Made by a program: the position numbers and the translations under genes. The notes beneath the pieces were generated by a model, which was not told the DNA's origin, ran no database searches, and was given only the letters and a program-made list of their open reading frames with translations. From the NCBI GenBank assembly GCA_951406725.2, contig OX597820.1, positions 65,658,001 through 65,722,000 of the forward strand: a stretch of DNA of 64,000 bases, in the 5' to 3' direction. This document shows positions 42,838-57,029 of this stretch, piece by piece. This DNA comes from Octopus vulgaris (lineage: Eukaryota). Within the stretch, counting starts at the first letter, position 1. Each line of letters starts with the position of its first letter.

Positions 42838-43508
42838 TAAGTCCTTTCCACTTTTTGGACCATATGTGGCACATATGTATATACCGCTGAACAATGGTTA
42901 AAAAATTCCTGAAGTCAAACCGACTGCCAGAAATATGTGGCTTCTTGCGTTTGCTAGAAAACGTTTTTAAAGAATGTTGTCAGCAGATTAGCAGATTGCT
43001 AGACGCGCATTTCTGCTGCTTTGCAATCGCTTATTCCACAGTTGCAGTTTTCACATGTAAGTTGCGTTCACTTACGGCTCCCTTCAACCTCACGTCGAAA
43101 GAGGCGGTAATCGTGATTCTACCATGACCTTCATTACCAAATTTAGTTGATTTATTTTGATAGCAGCGACAGGTTAACAACTTAGGTACTTTGCATATGT
43201 TTATATGCAACTCTTTCTCTTTCTATTCCTCTTTCTTTTTCTCCCTCTCCCTCTTCCTCTTTCTCTCTTTCCCTTTTATTCCTCTCTCTCTCTCTTCTCT
43301 CTCTCTCTTTCTCTCCGTATAAACCGAAAAAGTCTTATGCACTTTTAGACCATATGCGGCACATATGTATACACCGCTGAACAATGGTTCAAAATGACGG
43401 AGTTAAACCCTGAAGACAATCAAATCGATTGCCAGCAACGTGTGGCTTCTTGCTTTTGTTAGAAAACATTTTTATCAATATTGTCAGTAGATAAGTAGAT
43501 TCTACAGA
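42838..43508. repeat. Diverged direct duplication (42838-43008 and 43330-43508)
   Basis: GACCATATG.GGCACATATGTATA.ACCGCTGAACAATGGTT is shared. Confidence 0.85.
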
Positions 43509-43964
43509 GTAGAAATGCATTTGCTCTCCGGTATTTAGATACGATCTCTTATCCCCCAAGCTCAAGTCCTTCAAAGTTAGCTTGTGCATTTTTTTCCTCT
43601 TGGTCCCATTCATAGCAATAATAAATCTCAGGTAATTCTGTGCGGCTGTGTACCTGCAATGACAATTACAGAATTTATAAATTTTCTTCCCAATATAAGA
43701 ATGGTGGAGCGCAGAATCCACAAAGCGCAGGACAAAATGTTTTACGATATGCGTTCCAGTTCTTACGTTCTTTGTTCAAATGACACTTTGGTCACCTTTG
43801 CCATTCATCCGTCTGGGATCAATAAATAAAATGCTACTAAAATGCTAAGGTCGATATAATCGACTGTTTCCCTCCCACCAAATTACTGGCTAGGGGTGTT
43901 ATGGCGTAGTACCAAAATTTAAAACCACTATTGTAGTATACTTCTATATTTAAGAGATTATGCA

Positions 43965-44244
43965 CATTATTTACATTATTTACATTTGACGGATATTTGT
44001 CCTCATCTTGTTTGTTGTTAACACAAATTTCGGCTGATATACCCTCCAGCCTTCTTCAGGTGTCCTGGGGAAATTTCGAACCTGGGTTCTCATTCCTAAG
44101 GTATTTTCCGATGTTATTATTATTATTGTTGTTGTTGTTGTTATCATTATTATTATTATTATTCAGTTCACTGCTAGGAATCGAACTCGGAATCTTGGAG
44201 TTAGTAGCTCGCGCTCTTAACCACTACGCCATATGCCCGTGGGC
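43965..44244 (-). mobile_element. tRNA-headed SINE with internal (AAT/AAC)n and hammerhead-like 3' domain
   Basis: Head GGGCATATGGCGTAGTGGTTAAG (A box) ... GAGTTCGATTCC (B box). 3' part GACAC-CTGAAGA-A-GGCTG(10 nt)CAGCC-GAAAT-TT-GTGTT at 44020-44064. Tail ATGTAAATA repeats. Confidence 0.75.
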
Positions 44245-44484
44245 ATATTGTAGTAGTAGTAGTAGTAGTAGTTTTTGTTGTTGTTGTTGTGTTGTGTCCA
44301 CCTTCGGTCATGAATGACCATGGGATTGCACCTAGAAAGTTTACCCTCCGTGCAAGGTTGTTTATGGAAGACCAGCAGTCGCCCACGTATACCAGCCTCC
44401 CCTCTCCACGACACCGATGTTATCCAAAGGAAAGACAAAGGCCGATGCAGCTTGGCACCAGTGACTTCGCAGCTCATTTATTAA

Positions 44485-44782
44485 CGTGCAAGTGGTTGAG
44501 CACTCCACAGACACGTGTACCCTTAACGTAGTTCTCTGTGAGATTCAGCGTGACACAGAGTGTGACTAGGCTGGCTCTTTGAAATACAGGTAGAACAGAA
44601 GCAGGAAGAGGGAGAGGAAATTGTCATGTAAGAGTACAGCAGGGTTCACCACCACCCGCTGCCGAAGCCTCGTGGAACTTTAGGTGTTTTTGTTCAATAA
44701 ACACTCACAATGCCCGGCCTGGGAATCGAAACCGCGATCCTACGACCGCGAGTCCTCTGCCCTAACCACTGGGCCTCTACAG
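44485..44782 (-). mobile_element. SINE family B-related (different head, shared tail)
   Basis: Tail matches 45005-45115 in inverted orientation. Related copies at 4625-4870 (-), 20480-20772 (-) and 25265-25610 (+). Confidence 0.8.
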
Positions 44783-44801
44783 TGGTTAGGGCAGCCTCCA
44801 C

Positions 44802-44870
<69 letters not shown>

Positions 44871-44871
<1 letters not shown>

Positions 44872-45180
44872 TGGCTTGTGGTTAGGGCATTCGGCTCATG
44901 ATCGTAAGGTTGTGAGTTCGATTCCCGGCGACGCGTTGTGTCCTTGAGCAAGACACTTTATTTCACGTTGCTCCAGTCCACTCAGCTGGCAAAAATGAGT
45001 TGTACTTGTATTTCAAAGGGTCAGCCTTGTCACTCTCTGTGTCACGCTGATTATCCCCGAGAACTACGTTAAGGGTACACGTGTCTGTGGAATGCTCAGC
45101 CATTTGCACGTTAATTTCACGAGCAAGCTGTTCCGTTGATCGTATCAGCTGGGACCCTCGTCGTCGTAACCGGCGGAGTC
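44871..45180 (+). mobile_element. tRNA SINE family B
   Basis: TGGCTT-GTGGTTAGGG A box, GAGTTCGATTCC B box, CCTTGAGCAAG and tail CCCTCGTCGTCGTAACCGGCGGAGT. Confidence 0.9.
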
Positions 45181-45184
45181 TTTA

Positions 45185-45242
<58 letters not shown>

Positions 45243-46945
45243 CATGAATTTGCAGAGTTACTTTGTCGTTTGTAATTTCGTAACTTTAAATTCACAATCG
45301 TCAACGCGTTTAACTTTTCTTTCCTTTTTCTAGGACCGATGAAACAACACACCCGTTTAATTGTCTCAACAGTTTAATCACTACGCACTTGAAGAACAGC
45401 GGAAGTAAAATTGATCAACTACGAAGTTTTTTCTTAATAGGTTCCTGCAGATTCGGACGGGAATATGCTAATCACTGTTGAGTTTCGTCACAGCAGAACG
45501 ACTTCTTATTCACAATACGACTTTATAACACACTCAATTCATTAACGCAAGGGACTCTGAGACTCTGGCTAACAAATCGCAATAATGCCGAAACTCCGGA
45601 TGTTCCAGAGTCATTTGTCCTGATAAATTGAGTCTGTTATAAGCATACATTGGCCTTAAGGAGAAGTTTTTCAATGACAAAACATAACGACTTGTAAATA
45701 ATTTCAGTTAAACCAACACTAGTATTTGTGCATTCTTCGCAAAGTTTAAAATATTTGCAACCCCTAAAACTATTCAATGAATTTAGTCTTTGTCTGTTAA
45801 CTGTTTTGAGTCTTACTTGGTGGTAGGGAGTGGCATTTATGATCCATGTTTAAAATAATATATAAGCTTAACCATGATATTTGATGCTATTCTTTTCTGC
45901 CTGACATCTTTCTTTGGCGGGGGGGGGGGAATTATCGCTGAAATATCCTGATGTTTGAGAATGTAAATTGTTATCATTAATGTAGTTTCCTGTATAGAGA
46001 TAAAATACTTGTAAGTACGTTTACAGATCGTTATTTCAAAGCAAAAGACGGTAAATATGTACAGACAGAACAATCAACTCAAGCGTCAGGGCTGCTCGAA
46101 TATTGTACTGGAAAAACCCAGGGTCATTCAACATTTTGAGATGATCGCTGTCCGCTTGGACTGAACATCTAATTTAGGTCTTAACACCGAAGCATAAACG
46201 TTAGCCTCAATTTAAAATGATTGGTTCACGAGTTATCTTACTCAAACACTTGGATGCATAGACAGCCGCATACATACATATATACATTATACGTAAGATC
46301 AACCCTAAATAACAACACAAACATCTTCAGCGGGAATAACAACTACAAGGTAAATCGAGATCATTCTGCTTAATTAGTCAAATATTCTGTGTTCAATGGT
46401 TGGCTGGTTTTCGAGACAGATAAACATACCAAACAGTACTCAAAAGAATATTAATAATTATCGACTAATAACGAGTGATTTTCATTGGACAACGAGATAA
46501 GCAAAGTTCACAGAAACGAATCCCGTGAGCCTCTTGGAAATATCTTGCACTTTTCTTTGTTTCTTTTACTGTAATTTGTTTTGTTTTGCTTTTGTTTGCA
46601 AGATTTTGTTTGGTGTGTATATTTATGTTCTGTGAACATTTTATAATTTTGTTTTTTCAACAACCATTCTTTATTTCGGTCTCGTTTTATTCCTTTTCTT
46701 TATCATTTATTTATGTATTTTTTTATCATATATTTTTGCAAATCGGCTTCTAAAAGTTTCAATTTTTTTTAGGGACAGTCACGGTAGATGGACACAAACA
46801 CAGCAAACACAATAGTACACATATAAAAGTGTGTGTGTATCTGTCTATATATGTGTATATACATATATATATATATATATATATGCGTATGTTTGTGTGC
46901 ATATATGTGTGTATATATATATATATATTACACACACATATGTAT

Positions 46946-46986
<41 letters not shown>

Positions 46987-46987
46987 C

Positions 46988-47028
<41 letters not shown>

Positions 47029-47207
47029 GCGACGTATGTATGTATGATTACTGCTCATTCGACATATATGTTTGCATATGTCTGACAGATATGCATTCTT
47101 ATGTATATAGATATTATTCTATCTATACACACGCACACACATATACACATAAATTTATTCAAATAGTATATGATTCTATATGTGTGTGTGCGTATGTATG
47201 TGCAAGT

Positions 47208-47303
<96 letters not shown>

Positions 47304-47542
47304 TGTACATATTTATATATGTACACATGAACGTATGTATGTGTGTGTGTATGTGTGTAGATAAATATGTATGTGTGCGTGTGTGTGTGACTGTGTATTC
47401 GTCATTAACTTATGACTTTACATTCTTCAACCCACCGGGGCAAAGACCGTGCGGGGAACAGAGCTTACGTGTATGTGCATAACTTAGTATATAAGTGTGT
47501 ACGAACGGATACATAATAATAATAATAACAATAATAATAATG

Positions 47543-47620
<78 letters not shown>

Positions 47621-47723
47621 GTAATAATAATAATAATTACTAATAATAATAATGACAATAATAATAATAATATATATATACATACATATTTATATGTATG
47701 TGTATATGTGTATACAGAGCCAC

Positions 47724-47764
<41 letters not shown>

Positions 47765-47797
47765 TGCATGTATTTATATATATACACACACATACGC

Positions 47798-47843
<46 letters not shown>

Positions 47844-48115
47844 TGATAGACGGACAGACGGACAGACATACGATTATATTTATATATTTATACAAACCCA
47901 CGATTCATTAAACACATCATAACAGACTGACTGTTGATTAATATTATATCAGTCGGGCATCTTTTAATGGCATTTCTCTAAGATGAATGTAGATAAGTTT
48001 AGAAATTCCAATAACTGAAGTCTGAAGGATGGTGGATCTATATACACATAAGTGTATGCAGATATACACAGATAGCTATACACACACAAACACACACACA
48101 TATATGTATATGTAC

Positions 48116-48161
<46 letters not shown>

Positions 48162-48400
48162 GTAGGGACGTACATATATGGTATATATGCATATGTTTTA
48201 TTTATTTATTAATTTATATATATATACACATATAAATATATATATACATTTATATATATGTGTGTGTATATATATATATGTTTACCTGTGTTGTAATATA
48301 TCCATACATATATATATACACATATATATAAATGTATATATATATATAAATTAATATATAAATAAAACGTATGTATATATGCATATGTTTTATTTATTTA

Positions 48401-48448
<48 letters not shown>

Positions 48449-48840
48449 TTATATATATGTGTATATATATATGTATACCTATGTGTTGTAATATATCCAT
48501 ACATAGGTGTGTGTTTGTGTATGTATATGTGTATGCATGTATACATACATATGAGTATTTAGGTATAAATTGTGTATATACAGGTATGTATGTATTTAAG
48601 TATGCACTCTGATTATGAGTTAACACAACACATTTTATAGCCTCGACTCTCGTCATGCCTGAACGCACAGTTTGTAACCCACCCCTAGTGTCAGCTAAAC
48701 ACACACTCAAATAATATAAAATAATTTACATTTGTACCTACTCATACACAGACAAGCAATACCTATATATACAGACGCGCACACAATATCGATACATATA
48801 CAGTCACAAACACACACATTAGCAACATATGTATATAAAA

Positions 48841-48950
<110 letters not shown>

Positions 48951-48951
48951 T

Positions 48952-49044
<93 letters not shown>

Positions 49045-49194
49045 ATGATAGTCCTTTATGGCCAAAGATAAGAGATGAATGACTATGTTTGGGAAGTAGA
49101 AATGGTGGGAATTGAGGAATGGGAAACCTATAAATTGCCGGTTTTTCTTGTGGTGGAACAGCAATAACGACATCGGCAACAAAAAGATAACTGA

Positions 49195-49278
<84 letters not shown>

Positions 49279-49779
49279 CAGCAGCAGCAGTAACAGTAGC
49301 CGTAGTGACGGCGGCGGTGGTAATAGTGCTGTGATCATTACATCTTTTTCCTTAAATATAGTGGAAAGCAAGGCCTGAAGCATGTGATTTGAAAGAATTT
49401 AAGCTGCTATTTCAGTTAGTTTGAACGACGAAAGATAAGCTCCTATGGGTGACGAGGTGTAATAAAGTTAGACTAAATGTTAGTCGGAGAGTGGAATGGC
49501 GATGGTGTTGTTCATCGTTGCTAAATTTTCCGCTGAAAATAGAAGCCATAATTTAATCAGATATACTCTTAACATTTTAAAATAAAGGAAATAAAGTCAC
49601 CTTTAGCAAACCATGATGAATGCCTTTGGTTCATGGTTCCTTCGGTCGAGGTTGAACTGGAACTCATGGATCTACTTCAACAGCATCATCATTTCCATAA
49701 AAAATATTTTCTTTGTGCAAGGTAAGAAGCAATCAGTAAATGCTGTACACCATTCTAAGTACGTACCTGTGTATGTATG

Positions 49780-50430
49780 TCATTATACAGTTTTATTTCA
49801 AGATTTCTTGCCAATGGAGAAAGAACCGGTTTCTAACCTAGATTCATTGGAATTTCAACATCAACAGGGTATTTTTGTATGTACGTATGCATGTATGTAG
49901 GTCATTATTCAGTTTTATTTCAAGATTTCTTGCCAATAGAGAATAGATTTCTTGCTAATAGAGAAAGAACCGGTTCCTAACCTAAATTACTTGGAATTTC
50001 AGCAACAGCAACAGGGTAGTTTTGTATGTATGTATGTATGTGTGCAGATTTGTATACTTTGTTTTAGGTATGTATTCTTTTGCATAGGGTTCCATATGCT
50101 TATATATATTTAAATGATAAACTTCTGTAAAGTTTTACAGATTTTACAGTTCCAGTTATGGATTGCTTTTATAGTCTTTGAATCAGCTTTCTCCTTTCTG
50201 AATATTGAGAATCCTAACCTCCCAAGTTTGGTATTTAGGCAGTGTGTTACATACCCCAGAGCCCCAATAATTACAGGTATAAACCTGAACTTGTAATCTG
50301 GATAGAGTAACTGCAAATTTCTCAATAGTTCAGCGTGGGAATTCTCATTTTATGTTAACATCAGCTAAGCAGCTGATTTCCACAACTGTACACTTTCTCT
50401 TCTCTATTCCAAACCATTATGTTAGGTCTA
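49780..50430 (-). mobile_element. R4/Dong-like LINE 3' end: restriction-like endonuclease C-terminus with tandemly duplicated tail
   Basis: RPNIMVWNRE...AELLRNLQLLYPDYKFRFIPVIIGALGYV. A ~120-bp tail unit is repeated at about 49780 and 49901. Confidence 0.75.
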
Positions 50431-51765
50431 TCTATTTGGCTGTCAGTTTGTTTATGTATGTATTATCAAACTGATCATTTTGTACAACGGTTTTCATAAC
50501 AGTTGGTGAGCTGGTTTATTCATTGAAATTCCATGTAAATAGTGCACGATTTGTGGGAGATAATGATACTGTTGTCAGTGGTTATGTTGATCTTTCATTC
50601 AGAGTTACACATACACACAGCACACACGCGCGTGCGCGCGCATATATATACTAGCATTTACACAATTGGCTTGCACATAGTTTCTCTTTAGCAAATATAT
50701 TCACAAGGCATTGCTTTACCTAAGGCTTTAGTAAAAACACATGGCCAAGATGCAACCCAGTGGGAATGGGTCCGAAACAACGCCCGCAGCTATATCATAA
50801 GCTAACAGATACACAAATAAAATCGTCATAATAATAGAACTATATATAAAATATTAAACAGCATATTGAGTGATTTTCGATGTAACAATCAAAGTAACGG
50901 TAGACAGCCTATTGGCAAAGTCGTTAGAGCGGTGGTACTTGTTCTGGTTGCCTCTGCTCTGAGCAGAGAACTCGCCAAGATCAAATTCATATATTTGCAT
51001 ATATGTAATGGGCTTCCGCATAGTTTCCGTTCGACAAATGCATACACTCACAAGACATTGGTTGACCTAAGGCTATTGTAAAAACACATGACCAATATGC
51101 TGTGTCGTGGGAACGAACCCTAAGCTACGTGGTTGTGAAGTGAGCTTCGTAACCACACAACCATGCCTGCACCTACATCATAAGCTGTCAGATAAAAAAA
51201 TAATACAATCACCATCATAATAATAGATCTGTATAGGAAATATAGACAGTATCATAATGAATGATCTTCAACGAAACAATCAAAATAACATTCAAGGAAC
51301 TAAATGTAACTTACCATAAAGACATGGCTACTAAACAATAACAACCTTACGACAAGTGGAAAATGCTACGTGGATGTGAGTAAAGACAGTGCTAAAAACC
51401 GTTTATACAACTTTAGGATTCTCGTATATAAGAAATAGAGAAACGTCACTACATTGTCCAAATATATATGGAGAATACGAGATGGTTATCTTTTATTTTT
51501 CATCTTTTATCGTATATCTTGAACTTGCCTCAGTCAGTAGACTGCACGGCCATGCCGCTGCATCGCCTTGAAGGTTTTTGATAGAACGAAAATCTACTCC
51601 AGAAGATTTATTCTTTTCTTAAGTATAGTACTTATTTTATCAGTCACTTTTTGGTGGACAGCTAGGTCACAGGGAGGTTAACACCTGTTGTCAGGTGATG
51701 GGGACAAACACACACACACACACACACGTATATATATATATATATATTATATATATATATAAATA

Positions 51766-51814
<49 letters not shown>

Positions 51815-51838
51815 AATATATATATATATATATTAACC

Positions 51839-51873
<35 letters not shown>

Positions 51874-53239
51874 CAATTGTTTCACTGTTAATAAATTATG
51901 CAATTTTACTTACACAATTAATTTGCAGATCATCAGTGGAGTCCGTCAAAAATATAATTTGTCGAACTGCACGCCATATATTAACACGAGGTCAAAAATA
52001 TAACTGTGAATATAACTGTATATATATATATATATATATATGATGTGTTTCTTTCAGTTTACGTCTACCAAATCCGCTCACAAGGCTTTGGTCGGCCCGA
52101 GGTTATAGTAGAAGACACTTGCCCAAGGTACCACACAATGGGACTGAACCTGCAAACTTATGGTTGGGAAGCAGGCTTCTTACCACACAGTAGCATGCTC
52201 TTTACATAAACATAGAAAATCACAACTATGTATTTTAGAGAAGCATCATATCATAATACATATTTTAAAATAAAATATCAAAATTGTTTTCAGAATGTAA
52301 TAAAAAGGCCAAACGTTATCGTACATTTATTATGGGGAAATAAAATCCAATTTACAAACCAATTCTAAACTAATAAGGGCCCATCGTCAACTCACTAGAA
52401 ATTCGCAACACACGGCCGTTCGCAACACCGACCTATGGCTTAGTCATTTCCATCTCAGAACAACGTGATCGACCTAAAATTTGAAGCAGTAGCTACAGTG
52501 AAACATGAGTCAAATCTAGCAATAATATAGTTTCTTTTACATATTGAGTAATCTTACAATGTTTTTGGAGTGCTGCTTTCAAACATAATGTAAAATATAT
52601 GTACCTGGGAACATTTTTGCAGTGGGAAGATTTGCCGTAAAAAAGAATAAAAGATAATCTATTTTCTCTAAATGGCAAATTCATCAACTCACCTACAAAT
52701 TGGAGACTGGTAATTTCTTTTAAATGAATTACTTAGTTTACAGTCTACTTGTGAGCCTCTTTGACGGCAAATTTTACCGCGGCAGGAATATTTACGTTTA
52801 ATTTTCCGGACATGATGTACACACACGTGTGAGCGTGTACGCATATATATATAGAATCAAGTAACAAAACATGAGATAACGAATTTTCTATGGTTTCGAC
52901 AATGAATATTCAACAATTACTTCAACCTGTGGCTGAGTTTTCCACGGACAGATGTGCCCTTACTGTTACACTCGGGCTCAAACAGCGTGACCCAGGTTTG
53001 TATTTCAATTTCATTTAAAAGTGAAGTCTGCCCAGTCGTCTCCTACACAATTTCCGACACTTCAATTTCTACCAGAAAGAGAAAGGCATCCTAGATTATA
53101 GAACAAGGTGAATCGAACACGGACCGGACGATTGCAAGTCAAACTTCTTAACTATTCGACCACATTGCGCCTGTATATAAATACCGGTGCAACATGTACA
53201 CACTGAGGCATACATACTGACATATATCCGCATATATGA

Positions 53240-53283
<44 letters not shown>

Positions 53284-53508
53284 GAAATATTAAAATTACT
53301 AAGTCTCTCTAAAAGAGAACACGGCAGCGTTCCTGGAAATTAATAGTTATCGCCATACTAATATGGCATTCTTATAAAAATAAGAATAAAGCTGTCCGCT
53401 TATTAGCTCCATGAGGCCATCGCCTTAAGTTAGCTATTTGATACACAAACTGTATCCATATAACCTTCGAACAAGGGAGGTCAGTCGCTCCACACTACTT
53501 GATCGACA

Positions 53509-53550
53509 GCTACAGACGCGTTTCGGGGTATTGCCCCTTGTCAATGTAGC
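53509..53550 (-). ncRNA. Minimal type I hammerhead ribozyme (mirror copy in left arm)
   Basis: Exact reverse complement of 53840-53881. Confidence 0.85.
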
Positions 53551-53839
53551 GTAGTCAGACCAGTAGGTGTCGCTTCCGACTATCTCTGTTCGAAGGTTTT
53601 ATTTACCTAGTTTCGGTGGAATACATCCACTTGTTTTCAATAATAGAAATATTAAAATTACTAAGTCTCTCTATTAATTAACTATTAATTTCCAGGAACG
53701 CTGCCGTGTTCTCTTTTAGAGAGACTTAGTAATTTTAATATTTCTATTATTGAAAACAAGTGGATGTATTCCACCGAAACTAGGTAAATAAAACCTTCAA
53801 ACAGAGATAGTCGGAAGCGACACCTACTGGTCTGACTAC

Positions 53840-53881
53840 GCTACATTGACAAGGGGCAATACCCCGAAACGCGTCTGTAGC
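53840..53881 (+). ncRNA. Minimal type I hammerhead ribozyme, U3:A8 core variant
   Basis: GCTACA-TTGACAA-GGGG(CAATA)CCCC-GAAAC-GC-GTC-TGTAGC: 6-bp stem I, 4-bp stem II, GAAA, short palindromic stem III (ACGCGT) and a GUC cleavage triplet. Confidence 0.85.
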
Positions 53882-54046
53882 TGTCGATCAAGTAGTGTGG
53901 AGCGACTGACCTCCCTTGTTCGAAGGTTATATGGATACAGTTTGTGTATCAAATAGCTAACTTAAGGCGATGGCCTCATGGAGCTAATAAGCGGACAGCT
54001 TTATTCTTATTTTTATAAGAATGCCATATTAGTATGGCGATAACTA

Positions 54047-54179
<133 letters not shown>

Positions 54180-54277
54180 GTAGATATATATACATATACA
54201 CACACACACATATATATACACAAATATATGTATACACATATATATGTGTGTGCGTGTGTATATATGTATATATATAT

Positions 54278-54645
54278 CGTATACACTCGTGTAAGAGTCG
54301 AATTTTTTAGACCTGTTTTTTAAGGTCAAATTTATTGGGGTCGACTATTACAAGGATACTACTTTTGAGGGGCTGAAAGTCAAGCTAGAATCCGAAGTAC
54401 CGTATCAGCAGCAGAAGCCCAACTGATGATGATGATGACGACAACAACAATGATGATGATGATGATTATGTTGATGATGATGATGATGATGATATAAGCC
54501 ATTAAAAGATGAAGTTGCATGAATGTGGGAAATGAAAGAAGCGACTGTCATCTCGGTTGTTGTAGGGACACTGGGATCATTAACAACCAGGTTTGAGAAA
54601 TTTGTTGGAGACCTTTCGGTTGAGACATGAGGTAAGTATACGCTA
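54278..54645 (+). mobile_element. Truncated second copy of the 60980 element
   Basis: Colinear with 60981-61312, including the (GAT)n tract and the LINE-derived piece. Confidence 0.75.
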
Positions 54646-55212
54646 GGAATGTGGCTTTGTTGCCCAGGGCGCGGCAGTCCAAAAAAGTAGAAAAAACCCC
54701 GGAGTAAGCCCTTCAATGCGACGCCCCTGCATGCGCAGTTTATTGACTGAACCAAATAAAACATAAATACGTCGTTAGCTGAGAAGTGCTTTCTGATTAG
54801 CGTTAAAGATAAACCAGGCAGCAGCAGATTCTAAATTTTTGAAGAAAAGAGGATTAAATCAGGCGATGTATTTGGTAAACTTCATTGTGTTATTAATCTA
54901 TGAAGGTAATGGTTTCACAAAACTTGACGAGTTTCTTCCAGATAATTACTATATGGCTGGCAGCTTTATTTGTGGTGAACCTATCTAAGGATTTATTAGG
55001 TTCTTACGCATATATGGCTAAAAAAAAGTTTATAACATTAAGGAGGTGGGTGATTAGAATCTTTATGCAGATTAGTTTCTCGTTCAGTTTTCTGTGTGGT
55101 TGAATGTACCCAGGTCTCTAAAGTATGATGATTTACTTAGGAAGTTATCCTGCTCATATTAGTGGAGACTAATATTAAAACCGAACTCCTTAAAGGTGCT
55201 GCACGCATTCTG

Positions 55213-55299
<87 letters not shown>

Positions 55300-55439
55300 A
55301 TGTAATTTAGAGAAAAACCTCTATTAAACAATTCAATAATGAAGATGTTATTCACACCATATAGAAAACATACACTATAAAAACCTTATTCTAAAAATCA
55401 ATTAATATATGTAAACGTAGTGGTCGGTATAAGCGCAAA

Positions 55440-55746
55440 CGTAGGCGTGTCAACCACATGGTTCCGAGTTCCGTCCCTTACTTCTGTGAACACAGGGCAA
55501 GTATCTTCTACTATAAGACTAGGGCCGACCAAAGCTTTGTGAGGGCATTTGTTAATGGAAAATGAAAACCCGTCATATATATATGAGACAGGCAGGGCTG
55601 TGTAGTAAGAGGCTTGCTTCCTAACTACATGGTTCCGGGTTCAGTCCCACTGTGCGACTCTTCGACCAAGTGTCTTCTACTATAACCTCGGGTCAACCAA
55701 AGCTTTGTAAGTGGATTCGGTTCACGGAAACTGAAAGAAGCCCCTC

Positions 55747-55788
<42 letters not shown>

Positions 55789-55998
55789 CTACCACCATCG
55801 CCGTTTGACGTCAGGTGTTAATGTGTTTATGTCACCGTAACTTGGTGGTTCAACAAAAGTACCCGATAAAATAAGTACTAAACTTAAAAATAAGTCGTGG
55901 GGTCGATTTGTTCAGCTAAAAGCCTTCAAGGCGGTGCTCCAGTATGGCTGCAGTAAATGAATAAATGAACACACACACACACACATATATATATATAC

Positions 55999-56032
<34 letters not shown>

Positions 56033-56186
56033 GTACATATATATATATACATATATATATATATATCGACCCCCAGGACTTATTCTTTGCAAACTTAATA
56101 CTTATTCTATCATTCCATTTTGCCGAACCGCTAAATTACGGGAACGTAAACACGCCACCATCGGTTGTCAAGCGATGGTGGAGTAC

Positions 56187-56273
<87 letters not shown>

Positions 56274-56463
56274 GACGGGCTCCTTCCAGTTTCCGTCTAC
56301 CAAATCTACTCACAAGGCTTTGATCGGTCCAAGTCTATAGTAGAAAACACTTGCCCAAGTTGCTACGCAGTGAGACTGTACCCGGAACCATGTAGTTGGG
56401 AAGCAAGCTTCTTACCACACCGCAACATACACACACACTCACACACACACACACATATGTATA

Positions 56464-56519
<56 letters not shown>

Positions 56520-56738
56520 GTGAAATAGAAAGATGAATAATCTTGTAGTAGATTAATCAAAAGTTTAACCGATACCTTAGTAGCAAAAATCACAGCAGTA
56601 AACAGCACGGTTGGAGGTACAACCATATGGTGTTGCAACCGTGCGTTGGTGCGGATAATTGAAATTAAAATATTATTGGTGAATTGAAGAAACGATTTCT
56701 GTTCAATCTGCGTTCAGCTCCATTTCTTCAATTCACCA

Positions 56739-56780
<42 letters not shown>

Positions 56781-57008
56781 CGTGTGTCTGTGTTTGTCCA
56801 CCCGCCTTCCCTTAACAACCAATGCCGGTGTGTTTATATCCTCGCAACTTAGCGGTTCGGCCAAAGAATTCAATAGAATAAATACTACGCTTACAAAGAA
56901 TAAATTCCGGGATCGATTTCTTTCATTAACATCCTTTAAGGTGGTGTGCTCCTGATTTTGGCCGCAGTCAAATATCTGAAGCAAGTAAAAGAAAAGAATA
57001 AAAGAATA
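55440..57008. mobile_element. Cluster of family A SINEs in both orientations (55440-55965 +, 56065-56423 -, 56785-57008 +)
   Basis: Repeated family A head, body and tail segments. Confidence 0.85.
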
Positions 57009-57029
57009 TATAGTATGTGCATTATATAG

